From Gordonia phage AnClar: a stretch of DNA of 32,000 nt. The stretch lies in the sequence record MN908693.1; one strand, given 5' to 3'. Shown here in pieces: positions 16,301 through 24,739 of the stretch. Numbering within the stretch: the stretch's first letter is position 1; each line of letters begins with the position of its first letter. Under the pieces are notes generated by a model. It was not told where the DNA came from. It worked only from the letters and a program-made list of their open reading frames with translations, and did not search any database. A program made the translations under genes and the position numbers.

Positions 16301-18115
16301 CTAGACCTTCTGCCATGCGTGGTCCATGCTCTGCCGGTCGGTGCGCAGGATGGGTGTCCGTTTCGCCCAGGCAGCCAGGCGCTCGGGCGGGCGCTGCATG
16401 ATGCGCTCGACCTCGATGGCCACGTCCTCGGGTCCGGCGATGACCAGCTCGTCGTGCATGGCCACGATGATGTGGTCGGCGAGACCGGCCTTGTCGACCT
16501 CGATGATCGCCTCATGCATCACGTCGGCGGCGCTGCCCTGGCAGATGTAGTTCACCGCGCGGAACGCGCCCTTGTCGTCGATGGGCAGGATCCGCCCGCC
16601 GACGGTGACGATGCGGCCATGCTGCTCGGCCACCTGGGTCACCTGGCTCATGAAGCGCGAGCACATCGGCATCGCCGAGAGCATCTGCCGCTTGATCTGC
16701 TGCGCCGACTCCTGTGTGTGACCGATGCGGCGGCTCAGCGAGCCGATGCCCTGGCCGTACATCGTGGCCAGCAGCATTCGTTTCGCCAGGTCACGCTCGA
16801 TACCGGCGGCGAGCATGATCGGTTCGTAGAGGTCGGCCCCGTCCTCGAACGGGGCCAGGAACGCCTCGTCGTGGGCCATGTTCGCCATGGTGACCGGCTC
16901 GATCTGAGACCAGTCAATCGACCACAGCTCATTCTCGCGGTCGACCAGGATCGGGCGCGCTCGCGCCGAGAACTGCTGCAGCGGCGGGGAGGCGTAGCTC
17001 ATCCGGCCCGTCGTCGACGCGCCCAGCGTGCCGCACTGAGGGTGGCAGCGCCCGGTGACCTCGGCGGTCTTGGCCACCGCGTCGAGGTAGCCCAGGACCT
17101 TGTCGGTGTCGGCCAGCTCGCGCTGAGCGGCGGCGAGCGGATGGTCGAGTTCGTCGAGCAGGTCCTTGGTGGCCTTGAGCTTGCCCGTCGGCGTGCGCGG
17201 CCAGCCCTCGGGCAGCTCACCGATCTCGGCGAGGTACTCGATGAGCTTGCCGCCCTTGCCCGTTCCGCCTTCCAGGTCGTGGGCGTCGAGCGCGGCCACC
17301 GACTGCTCGCGCTCGGCGGCGACCTCCTCGGCGTAGCCGTCGAGGTACTCGCGGTCGACCTCGATGCCGCGAGCGGTGCGCTTGAGCATGATCTGATGCA
17401 CCCGGACGGGGACCATCAGAATGTCGAGCGCCTCGCTGCGCGTCGTCGCGCCCCGGTCCCGGAACGGGTGGTCGAGGCTGTGGTCGAGGCAGCGCGGCAG
17501 CAGTTCCTGAAAGATGCGCAGCGTGGCGGCGGTGTCGCCCATCGCGCCCTGCCGGTAGATCGGGGACCAGATGTCCAGCCCGGCGTAGCCCAGCTCCTGG
17601 TTTTTGAACCCAGCGGCCTTGAACGCCAGCCCCATGCCGCCGGAGAAGTCGGTCATCTCCAGGTGCCGCGAGGCGAGCTGCTCCAGCTTCTTTCCGATCC
17701 AGGTCGGCGGCTCGCAGTAGCGCGCGAGCACCAAGGTGTCCCACACCTTGTCGATGTCGTCGATGCTCAGGTGGCCCGAGCGCACGAGGCCGGGGATATC
17801 GAACGGCGCGTTGTGCAGGATGATCCGGCCCGCGTGCTCGTACAGAGCTCTCAACGCGACGTCGTCGCCGTCGGTGCGATCGGGGTCGAGCAGCACCGAG
17901 TGGGTGCGCCCGTCAGGGCCGTCCCACGTCGCGGTCACGCAGTTGATCTCGAACTGCCGCTTGAGGCCCGGCGTCTCGATGTCGGTGGCGACGTCGACCT
18001 GTCCCGGCGAGCTGCTGTGGACGAGGTCGACGACGGCCTCGACCGCGTCGGCCCCGGTGTGCATGATCGAGTCGAGCAGCGGGTCGTACCAGCTGCGCGA
18101 GGGCACGCGGGTCAC
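16301..18115 (-). CDS. family A DNA polymerase with 3'-5' exonuclease domain, no 5' nuclease domain
   Basis: Exo motif VATDIETPG; polymerase motif A DWSQIEPVTMA; motif B RDLAKRMLLATMYGQG; motif C VAMHDELV. GTG start at 18115. Confidence 0.93.
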   Translation of the reverse strand: MTRVPSRSWYDPLLDSIMHTGADAVEAVVDLVHSSSPGQVDVATDIETPGLKRQFEINCVTATWDGPDGRTHSVLLDPDRTDGDDVALRALYEHAGRIILHNAPFDIPGLVRSGHLSIDDIDKVWDTLVLARYCEPPTWIGKKLEQLASRHLEMTDFSGGMGLAFKAAGFKNQELGYAGLDIWSPIYRQGAMGDTAATLRIFQELLPRCLDHSLDHPFRDRGATTRSEALDILMVPVRVHQIMLKRTARGIEVDREYLDGYAEEVAAEREQSVAALDAHDLEGGTGKGGKLIEYLAEIGELPEGWPRTPTGKLKATKDLLDELDHPLAAAQRELADTDKVLGYLDAVAKTAEVTGRCHPQCGTLGASTTGRMSYASPPLQQFSARARPILVDRENELWSIDWSQIEPVTMANMAHDEAFLAPFEDGADLYEPIMLAAGIERDLAKRMLLATMYGQGIGSLSRRIGHTQESAQQIKRQMLSAMPMCSRFMSQVTQVAEQHGRIVTVGGRILPIDDKGAFRAVNYICQGSAADVMHEAIIEVDKAGLADHIIVAMHDELVIAGPEDVAIEVERIMQRPPERLAAWAKRTPILRTDRQSMDHAWQKV

Positions 18116-18420
18116 AGGCGGTCCACCGCCCTCACCACGTCGGCCAGGGCATCGCTGCGGGCCTCGCGGGCGATACCGGCGTGATTGTCCTCGCAGCACT
18201 CGCACTCGTAGTGCTCGATGGCGTCGGCGGCGGCCTCCTCGCGCTGGCTGGCGATGTCCTGTTCCAGGTCCCAGAACCCGACCAGCTCAGCGAACCCGTC
18301 GCCGTCGCCCACCGCGCCGGTGGTGCAGGTGTAGAACCCGTCGAGGTGGATCGCGCCGCCGAGGGTCTCGGTCACGGCCTCACCGCAGCCCGCGCAGAGA
18401 CCGGCCACCGGCGCGCTCAC
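18112..18420 (-). CDS. cysteine-rich small protein
   Basis: LCAGCGEAV...YTCTT...YECECCEDNHAG; overlaps the polymerase start. Confidence 0.65.
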   Translation of the reverse strand: MSAPVAGLCAGCGEAVTETLGGAIHLDGFYTCTTGAVGDGDGFAELVGFWDLEQDIASQREEAAADAIEHYECECCEDNHAGIAREARSDALADVVRAVDRL

Positions 18421-18893
18421 TGCTGGCCCTCGCCGACGCCGCGCAGGTAGTCCTCGAACTCGCGGGCGCGGTCGATCATGTGCTTGGTCGTCGCCTGCGG
18501 GCGGGCCTGGGCGACCATCGCCGAGAGCAGCAGCGCGCGGTCGCGGTAGTCCTCGTCGGTGCGCTCGGGGAAGCTCAGCGGCTCCAGGCTGCTGGGCAGC
18601 TCGCCGCCCGCCTCGCCGTCCTGCGCGGGCCGTTCGATGAGCACCTGGACCGGCCAGACCTTAATGACCTCGGCGGGGTCCTGCGGATGCCAGCCACCGG
18701 GGCTGAGCCAGTGGATGGTCTCGGGGGTGCTGTCGTCGTCGGGGTCGGTGCTCATGGTGGTCTGGTGGTGCAGGAACGCCACGGCGGTCGAGGTGCCGTC
18801 GCCGGGGATGCGCTGCCAGACGACCAGCGAGCCGTCGGGGAAGCTGAGCAGATCATCGAGGGTATCGACGTTGATGAAGGTCAGGTCGTTCAC
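18417..18893 (-). CDS. hypothetical protein
   Basis: GTG start; VNDLTFINVDTLDDLLSFPDGSLVVWQRIPG...; tight overlaps both sides. Confidence 0.6.
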   Translation of the reverse strand: MNDLTFINVDTLDDLLSFPDGSLVVWQRIPGDGTSTAVAFLHHQTTMSTDPDDDSTPETIHWLSPGGWHPQDPAEVIKVWPVQVLIERPAQDGEAGGELPSSLEPLSFPERTDEDYRDRALLLSAMVAQARPQATTKHMIDRAREFEDYLRGVGEGQQ

Positions 18894-19351
18894 GCCGACA
18901 CCCCGTTCAGGCCCGCGCCGAACGCGTAGGCGTTGATCGCGACTTTCAGGGCATCGGGCAGCTCGCGCAGGGTCTTCTCGTCGCTGTAGCGGAACGTGCC
19001 CTCGGCCTTGAAGATGGCGCGGTGGCCCAAGCCGAGGCCCCCGGCCTTGAGCACGCGGGGGCCGTTGATGGCGACCGACGAGACCTCGCGGTTGACCCAC
19101 ACCACCTGCACCGACTCAGGGCGCAGCAGCGGCTTGTTCTTGCCGTAGACCGACGCCTCGACGTCGCCGACCAGCTCAGCGCTGGGGGTGAACAGGACGT
19201 TGTCCTTGGTGGTGCGCTCGGTCGGCTGAGAGTAGTCGCCGGGGTGGGTGTCGTAGTCAGACGAGGTGGTGCGGCTGGCGCGCACGAACGTGATCACGTC
19301 ACGGTCGGGGCCGTTGCCGGGGTAGCTGTAGGTCGAGTGGTCCGTGGACAC
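18890..19351 (-). CDS. hypothetical protein
   Basis: GTG start with AGGAG; VSTDHSTYSYPGNGPDRDVITFVRASRTTSS... Confidence 0.65.
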   Translation of the reverse strand: MSTDHSTYSYPGNGPDRDVITFVRASRTTSSDYDTHPGDYSQPTERTTKDNVLFTPSAELVGDVEASVYGKNKPLLRPESVQVVWVNREVSSVAINGPRVLKAGGLGLGHRAIFKAEGTFRYSDEKTLRELPDALKVAINAYAFGAGLNGVSA

Positions 19352-19396
19352 AGGGTCTCCTGTCGGGTCGGGGTTGGTGGGGGTTGGTGCCCGAGG

Positions 19397-19426
19397 CCGA
19401 GGTGCGCAACCCCTTACGCACCTCGG
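19397..19426 (-). terminator. intergenic hairpin terminator candidate
   Basis: Perfect 10-bp stem CCGAGGTGCG (19397-19406)/CGCACCTCGG (19417-19426). Confidence 0.55.
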
Positions 19427-19437
19427 CGGGCGGTGAC

Positions 19438-19489
19438 GCGGGATGGACCCGCCGGATAGGACAATACCCTACTTAGTCGGTGTTGTCCA
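19438..19489 (-). promoter_or_regulatory. variant regulatory unit (ninth palindrome copy)
   Basis: ACAATACC-N10-GGTGTTGT palindrome 19461-19486, GCGGG-N5-CCCGC hairpin 19438-19452, minus strand TGGACA-N17-TATTGT. Confidence 0.6.
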
Positions 19490-19775
19490 TCTTCTTGATG
19501 AGCCGGTCCATCGCGCGCTTGATCGCCGATGACTGGAACAGCCGGGCCTCCCACAGCCGGGTGGCCAGGCTGTAGGTGGCGAACTCGCTGTACTCGCCAG
19601 CTGCGAACGACGCGACGACCACGGTGGTGCGGAACGGCACGCCCGTCTCAGGGTCGGCGCTGAAATGGTAAGCGGTGAACGACATCTGGCCGTCGTCGCG
19701 CGTGCCGAGGTGCTCGGTGCGTTCCGCAGCGGTGATGAACTCGCGGCTCATCGGGGTCAGCGGGTAGATGTTCAC
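19473..19775 (-). CDS. hypothetical protein
   Basis: MNIYPLTPMSREFITAAERTEHLG...KKMDNTD; stop TAA lies inside the palindrome. Confidence 0.65.
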   Translation of the reverse strand: MNIYPLTPMSREFITAAERTEHLGTRDDGQMSFTAYHFSADPETGVPFRTTVVVASFAAGEYSEFATYSLATRLWEARLFQSSAIKRAMDRLIKKMDNTD

Positions 19776-20065
19776 GCGGTCTCCTCGGCGTCGATCTGAG
19801 CGCGCAGCTGGCGGGCGAGCTGCAGGGCGGCGCTCTTGAGCACGAACTTGCCCCGGCGCTTGCCCGAGAGCTGCGAGTCGACCTGCCAGCGTCGACCGGC
19901 GGCCTCAGCGACGGCGACGAACCCGTAGTTGACCGAGCCGTCGGCGGCGGGGATCGGCGGGGTGATCCGGACGTCGATGGTCACGCCGTCGAGGACCTCG
20001 CGCACCTGGATGAGCTGGCCGCCGACCTCGGGGTCGGCCTTGCGGGGCGGTGTGTGGTCCTGCAT
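19772..20065 (-). CDS. hypothetical protein
   Basis: MQDHTPPRKADPEVGGQLIQVREVLDG...; ATGA-type overlap. Confidence 0.65.
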   Translation of the reverse strand: MQDHTPPRKADPEVGGQLIQVREVLDGVTIDVRITPPIPAADGSVNYGFVAVAEAAGRRWQVDSQLSGKRRGKFVLKSAALQLARQLRAQIDAEETA

Positions 20066-20066
20066 G

Positions 20067-20150
20067 TCAGATCCATTCCAGGTCGAGGTGCCGGGCCTGT
20101 GCGTACGCGGCGGCGCTGCTGGCCGGGTGCAGGTCGCAGAACGCGGTCAT
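20067..20150 (-). CDS. 27-aa microprotein candidate
   Basis: MTAFCDLHPASSAAAYAQARHLDLEWI; start overlaps the upstream gene stop as ATGA and its stop abuts the next start. Confidence 0.45.
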   Translation of the reverse strand: MTAFCDLHPASSAAAYAQARHLDLEWI

Positions 20151-20509
20151 CACTGCTCACTCTCGGGGTTGTCGGGTACAGCGGTCAGGTGTCGGCGCGG
20201 GGCCTTGGCCGAGTCGCGCAGCCCCACGCGGGGGTGGGGGTCGTGGGTCTGCTCAGCCATCGAGTCGAGGTAGCTCATCCGGTCGCTGGTCTCGGCGGCG
20301 CGCATGGCCTGAGCGAGGTCGGGCGGCAGCTGCGCGAGCAGGCGGTGCCAGCGGCCTCGGGTGGTCATCTCGTCGGCGATCTGGCACAGCGCGCCGGTGA
20401 CGTAGTGGGGGTCGCGGCGGGTGATGGCGTCCAGGGCCATGCCGCACATGACGTGCAGGGCGGTGTCGGTGAGCGAGTGCAGGGCGGCGTTCGTGGGGTT
20501 GTCGGGCAT
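20150..20509 (-). CDS. hypothetical protein (start uncertain: 20509 or 20518)
   Basis: MPDNPTNAALHSLTDTALHVMCGMALDAITRR... Confidence 0.6.
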   Translation of the reverse strand: MPDNPTNAALHSLTDTALHVMCGMALDAITRRDPHYVTGALCQIADEMTTRGRWHRLLAQLPPDLAQAMRAAETSDRMSYLDSMAEQTHDPHPRVGLRDSAKAPRRHLTAVPDNPESEQ

Positions 20510-20585
20510 GGCGGCCATGTTGCCCGAACGCTGCCGACTTGACAAGCCCGAGCTTGTCGGTGTCCCTCGTGCGCGTGCGCGCGCC

Positions 20586-20615
20586 ATCTAACCAGGTGGC
20601 CCCTGGGTCAGTCAA
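20586..20615 (-). promoter_or_regulatory. leftward promoter candidate, proximal
   Basis: Minus strand TTGACT-N18-TTAGAT, followed by GCGCGCGCACGCGCACGAGG. Confidence 0.55.
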
Positions 20616-20824
20616 TGTGTTCTACATCACTATGGCCAGGGCTTGCCCGCCCACGGTACGCTCCAAGGACCGCACCAGCGGGGCCGAGGGGTGAACCTCT
20701 CGTTAGTCGTTGCCGTTGTCCTGGGATAGATCGTGAGTTTCTATCCCTGGACGAGGGCATTGACCGCTACCTCAGTCGTCGTACACGTCAGTGCCGTACG
20801 TCGCTGTCCTCGTGCGCGCGCGCG

Positions 20825-20854
20825 ATTCTAAGTCGGCGCCATTGAAATTGTCAA
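20825..20854 (-). promoter_or_regulatory. leftward promoter candidate, distal
   Basis: Minus strand TTGACA-N18-TAGAAT, followed by CGCGCGCGCGCACGAGG, paralleling the proximal promoter. Confidence 0.65.
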
Positions 20855-20893
20855 GGTTACGCGAGGGTGTTCTGCGCCACACGCCAGGCGGCA

Positions 20894-20922
20894 CCTACTG
20901 ACCCCTTCACAGGGTCAGTAGG
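20894..20922. terminator. perfect 11-bp stem hairpin in the divergent control region
   Basis: CCTACTGACCC (20894-20904)/GGGTCAGTAGG (20912-20922), 7-nt loop; function (terminator or operator) not determined. Confidence 0.45.
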
Positions 20923-21018
20923 CCACAGGCACCGGCAGACGACGGGGTGGCTCCACACCGACAGTTGCGGTATTGTCGTGAATGATCCACCCCGACAACG
21001 ACTTTGGAGAGAGAATCC

Positions 21019-21801
21019 ATGGCTACCAAGAGCATCACCGAGGCCCGCAGCATCGTCGAGGCCGACCCCGAGTTCGCCGAGCTGGCCATCGCCCTGTGGC
21101 GTGCCCGCAAGGCCCGAGCGCTGGCGAAAGAGCAGCGCGAGCCGATCCACAAGCTGATCACCGAGGCGTACGAGCGAGGCGCTGGACAGGTCGGGATGCT
21201 GGTCGACCCGCGTGGGCACAACGGCGAGGGCTTCACCGTGCGCAGGCGTCACGTGAGCGGTGTCAGCGGCGGGCCTCGCCGTGTGACCAGTGCAGCAGCC
21301 AAGCGGGCAAACGCTCGGCTGTGGATGGCCTCGCAGGTGAGAGCGCCGCGTGTGGCTGTGGCTGTGCCCGAGAGCATGGTCAACCCGACCTATCGAGAGC
21401 TGGGCGTGCGGCGCATCACCCCGCCGGACGAGTTCAACCACTGGGACCTGCGCCAGATGATCGACAAGTACATGCTCGTCAAGGACGCGCCGTTCGCCGA
21501 GGCTGAGGACCAGGCCAAGCACGCGCTGACGGTGTACTCGCAGGTCAACCTGGGCTACCTCGCGCCCGAGCACCCCGATGCTGACAGTGCGCGGTGGGAC
21601 GGCACCCCCATCGAGTTCGGCGACGGCTGGGTGGTCGGCCTGACCTCGATGCAGTTCAGCAGCGAGCGGTTCGCGCAGCTCGACCCGGTGGCGTTCGACC
21701 GGCTCGCCACTGAGCCGTCGCGCAAGGGCTACGACGTCGTCTACATCACCGAGGGCGTGCCCAGCGAGGTCACTGGCGAGGTCGACCGCTACGCCGACTG
21801 A
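21019..21801 (+). CDS. hypothetical protein, first gene of the rightward block
   Basis: RBS GGAGAGAG then MATKSITEARSIVEADPEFAELAIALWRARKARALAKEQR... Confidence 0.75.
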   Translation: MATKSITEARSIVEADPEFAELAIALWRARKARALAKEQREPIHKLITEAYERGAGQVGMLVDPRGHNGEGFTVRRRHVSGVSGGPRRVTSAAAKRANARLWMASQVRAPRVAVAVPESMVNPTYRELGVRRITPPDEFNHWDLRQMIDKYMLVKDAPFAEAEDQAKHALTVYSQVNLGYLAPEHPDADSARWDGTPIEFGDGWVVGLTSMQFSSERFAQLDPVAFDRLATEPSRKGYDVVYITEGVPSEVTGEVDRYAD

Positions 21802-21921
21802 GCAGGGCCTCAAGTCGCGCGACAGGGCGGCTGTGGGGCTGTGAGAGGGCCGCGCGACCCTGCTGGCAGCGTCCTGACCTGCGCGGATGACAAGGCCGAC
21901 ATTCTCGTATTACCGTGGTCC

Positions 21922-22120
21922 CGTGGCACCTCGAAACACTTCCAGCGCGGTCATCATCCGCCCGACCAGCGGCGGCGAGACGTTCCGCCGACGGCTGCGC
22001 GTGGCCTGCGCCGAGCTGGACATGACGTACCAGGAGTTCGTCGAGGCGGCCCTGGATCAGCACGAGGCGGCCAAGGCGAAGATGGCCCACCCGCTCGACC
22101 GGCGGGCGGTGTCGACGTGA
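21922..22120 (+). CDS. small protein, possible ribbon-helix-helix-like
   Basis: GTG start; VAPRNTSSAVIIRPTSGGETFRRRLRVACAELDMTYQEFVEAALDQHE...; the frame is open from 21887 (alternative start). Confidence 0.5.
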
Positions 22121-22638
22121 TCGACCCCGCTGCCCCCGCGCCGGGCATCCAGGCGTTCGTCAACCGGCTCATCGAGACCTCGACCGAGGTCGGGGCCAAG
22201 GCCGACCGGCAGCTCGGCGGTCGGGTGCCCTGCATGGCCGGGGTGGTCAACACCGGGACTCAGGCGGCCATGACCGGCATCGCGGTGATGACGACGAGCC
22301 TGATCGAGACGACCAAGACCCAGGGGCCGATGCCTGCCGACGAGCTGTTCGTCTACGGCTGTGTGCTCATCGAGAGCAACGGCGAGACGTCGTGGCGCGC
22401 GGCGTTCGCCTCGGGCGACGAGCGCCTGGCCGGTCACTGCCGCCGGTGTGCTGACCTGAACTTCGAGACCGGGCAGGCTCAGTACATGGTCGGCATGTTC
22501 GCGCCCCTGCGGGCGTTCACCGCCCTGTTGGCCATCGAGGGGCCAGCCAAGCGCTACAGCGCCCTGCAGATCAAGGCCGTGGGCCGTGGCTGCGAGACCG
22601 ACCTACAACGCAACGTGAGGGAGATACTGGGCCGATGA
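22117..22638 (+). CDS. hypothetical protein
   Basis: GTG start overlapping the upstream TGA; VIDPAAPAPGIQAFVNRLIETSTEVGAKADRQLGG... Confidence 0.65.
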   Translation: MIDPAAPAPGIQAFVNRLIETSTEVGAKADRQLGGRVPCMAGVVNTGTQAAMTGIAVMTTSLIETTKTQGPMPADELFVYGCVLIESNGETSWRAAFASGDERLAGHCRRCADLNFETGQAQYMVGMFAPLRAFTALLAIEGPAKRYSALQIKAVGRGCETDLQRNVREILGR

Positions 22639-23231
22639 CCACAGCCGCCGTCACCCCTGCCGACGTCGCCGAGGGCATCCGGCCCGAGGACGAGACCGTC
22701 TACGAGCGCCGCATGCGCTCGCTGACCCTGCGCAACGGTGGGGCCACCTACACCCAGATCGCTGAGAAGATGCAGGTCTCGGTGGCCACCGCCCGCAAGG
22801 ACGTGCGCCTGGCCCTGCGCGAGGTCGTCAACGAACCCGCCGAGGACATGGTCGCCCGGCAGCGCGCGGTGCTGCACGACCTGCATCGGGCGCACTTCGC
22901 CAACGCCTTGCGCGGCGACATCGATTCGACGCGCATGGTCCTGGAGACGCTCAAGGTCGAGGCCCAGCTGTTCGGCCTCAACGCCCCGCAGCGCGTCAGC
23001 GTGGGCGTCACCGACATGGAGTTCGCCGAGCAGGCCGTCGAGCTGATCGCGGGCCTGGACCGGATGCCTCAGCCCGAGATGCTGGCCAGCCTCGACCCCG
23101 AGACGCGCGAGCGCCTCGGCCTGCCCGGCGCATCCCCGACCTCGGCCACGCAGGAGACCATCGACGCCGAGGTCGTGCCCGACACCCCCGACACCCCGGC
23201 TCAGGACCCTGAGCCGTGGGCCGACGTCTGA
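22635..23231 (+). CDS. HTH protein resembling phage small terminase subunits
   Basis: MRSLTLRNGGATYTQIAEKMQVSVATARKDVRLAL...LHRAHFANALRGDIDSTRMVLETLKVEAQLFGLNAPQRV. Confidence 0.55.
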   Translation: MTTAAVTPADVAEGIRPEDETVYERRMRSLTLRNGGATYTQIAEKMQVSVATARKDVRLALREVVNEPAEDMVARQRAVLHDLHRAHFANALRGDIDSTRMVLETLKVEAQLFGLNAPQRVSVGVTDMEFAEQAVELIAGLDRMPQPEMLASLDPETRERLGLPGASPTSATQETIDAEVVPDTPDTPAQDPEPWADV

Positions 23232-23242
23232 GAGGACACCCG

Positions 23243-23530
23243 TTGATACCCACCACCCCCGCCCCGCTGCCCGCGCGCCTGCGCCTGTGGCTCGCTGCCA
23301 TGTTCGGCCCCGGCCAGCTGCCCCGGTCGCGCCGATCCGGCGTGCCCGGCGTCAGCGAGGGCGCGAGCGTGCCGACCTCCATCGTGGTCACCGGCGGCAA
23401 GGGCAAGACCAGCGAGCGCCACGTCATCGTGCTCGCGCAGTTCGAGGGCACCCTGTTGCGCCCGCGCGACGCCGTCCGGCTCGCCCGCCTGCTGATCGCC
23501 CAGGCCGCCCGAGAGGTGGTGGGGCTGTGA
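23243..23530 (+). CDS. hypothetical protein (TTG start, uncertain)
   Basis: LIPTTPAPLPARLRLWLAAMFGPGQLPRSRRSGVPG... after GAGGACACC; overlaps the next GTG. Confidence 0.5.
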   Translation: MIPTTPAPLPARLRLWLAAMFGPGQLPRSRRSGVPGVSEGASVPTSIVVTGGKGKTSERHVIVLAQFEGTLLRPRDAVRLARLLIAQAAREVVGL

Positions 23531-24054
23531 GCGGCGAGTGGTGGGAGGACTTCACGTGCCCGCAGTGCGGGCACCACCCCGACAGCCTCACCCACCAGAC
23601 CGAGTGCCGCCAGGGTCCGGCCTACGAGCCGCCCGCCCGCGAGGCCGAGCTGGCGCAGCCGATGGAGCACCGCTGCACCGTCACCGAGCACCACAGCATC
23701 GAGGTCGGGGTGTTCGACGCCCGGATCGTCGACCAGCAGAACCACCAGTGGATGCGCGACCTCGGCGCGCCTGCCATCGCCATGGCTCGCGCCTGGGCCG
23801 ACGAGCAGGGCATCGACATCACCCCGACGATCCGGGACCACCGCGAGGGCGGCAGCAACGACGCCCGGATCACCGTCGAGTGGGACGTCGTGGTCGGGCG
23901 GGGCCGGATGCGCCACGACCCCGATCGCTTCATCGACGGCGGCTCGCGGTTCGTCTGGTCCTCGCGGTGGAAGTCGATGTGGGCGCGCATGCACGGCCTG
24001 CTGGTCACCGAGGGCATCGCCCGCCACGACCGCGAGACCGGGGTCATCCGGTGA
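23528..24054 (+). CDS. hypothetical protein with N-terminal zinc-binding motif
   Basis: VSGEWWEDFTCPQCGHHPDSLTHQTEC...; GTGA overlaps on both sides. Confidence 0.65.
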
Positions 24055-24590
24055 GCGCGCCCCGGCTGCCCGACCCCTGCAGCGTCGACTCGCAGACCGG
24101 AGTCGAGGTGTGGGACACCGACCCCGCTGTCTGCCGACGCGGACAGCGCATCTGGGTGGGCGGCGATGAGTCGGAGATGAATTCGGGCGAGGCCCTCGAC
24201 GTGGCTGCCGCCCTCGCCTCGGCTGCCCAGCGCGCCCAGGCCGAGCACAACGCCCACGCCGAGGTCGAGCGCATGGTCACCCGCCCGGTCGAGGTGATGA
24301 CCGACCCGATCCCGCGCAAGCGATTCGACGAGCTGACCGGCACCCGCCCGCTGCCCGGTCAGCTCGGCCCTGGTCGGGTCACGCCGGACATCGAGGCCGC
24401 CGCCGCTCAGGCAGCGCGGGGCGAGATCACCCACCTGGTCTACGAGGGCGAGATCGTCGCCGACGTGGTCAACAGCTCGATGGAGCCGGTGCGTCAGGAC
24501 CGCGAGTGCATCGTCTGCGGCGCGGTGTTCTCCGCTGCCGAGGGCCACGAGTGCCGCGCCCGCATACTGCGCGGGACGGGGCTGTTCTGA
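24051..24590 (+). CDS. hypothetical protein with C-terminal CxxC...C motif
   Basis: VSAPRLPDPCSVDSQTGVEVWDTDPAVCRRGQRIWVGGDESEMNSGEALD...CIVCGAVFSAAEGHEC. Confidence 0.65.
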   Translation: MSAPRLPDPCSVDSQTGVEVWDTDPAVCRRGQRIWVGGDESEMNSGEALDVAAALASAAQRAQAEHNAHAEVERMVTRPVEVMTDPIPRKRFDELTGTRPLPGQLGPGRVTPDIEAAAAQAARGEITHLVYEGEIVADVVNSSMEPVRQDRECIVCGAVFSAAEGHECRARILRGTGLF

Positions 24591-24739
24591 TGGGCACCAG
24601 CCCGTCGCCGGACTACCGACCGCCCCGGCCCGACATGGGCGGCATCCCTGAGCTGATCGTTCTCAGCCTCGTCGTGATCGGGGTGGCCAGCCTCGGCGAC
24701 TGGCTCGGCGACTGGCTCGGCTGGTGGGCGTGGTGGTGA
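24590..24739 (+). CDS. small tryptophan-rich membrane protein
   Basis: MGTSPSPDYRPPRPDMGGIPELIVLSLVVIGVASLGDWLGDWLGWWAWW; overlaps both neighbours. Confidence 0.6.
   Translation: MGTSPSPDYRPPRPDMGGIPELIVLSLVVIGVASLGDWLGDWLGWWAWW

Noticed and set aside
16301-18115. Motif B of the polymerase (LLATMYG instead of NFGxxYG) as a novel active site
   Set aside because: Similar motif B variants are, to my recollection, found in other actinophage family A polymerases, so it is not clearly novel without alignment.
16256-18184. 642-aa plus-strand ORF antisense to the DNA polymerase
   Set aside because: Same reason; minus strand carries unambiguous polymerase A motifs.
20570-20585. Alternating CG/GC runs as Z-DNA signal
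   Set aside because: Short runs in a very GC-rich genome; better explained as initial transcribed region shared by the two leftward promoters.
20723-20747. GGGATAGA as a start-associated sequence (SAS) of mycobacteriophage type
   Set aside because: Only partial similarity to the published GGGATAGGAGCCC, part of a dyad, and not positioned before a start codon.
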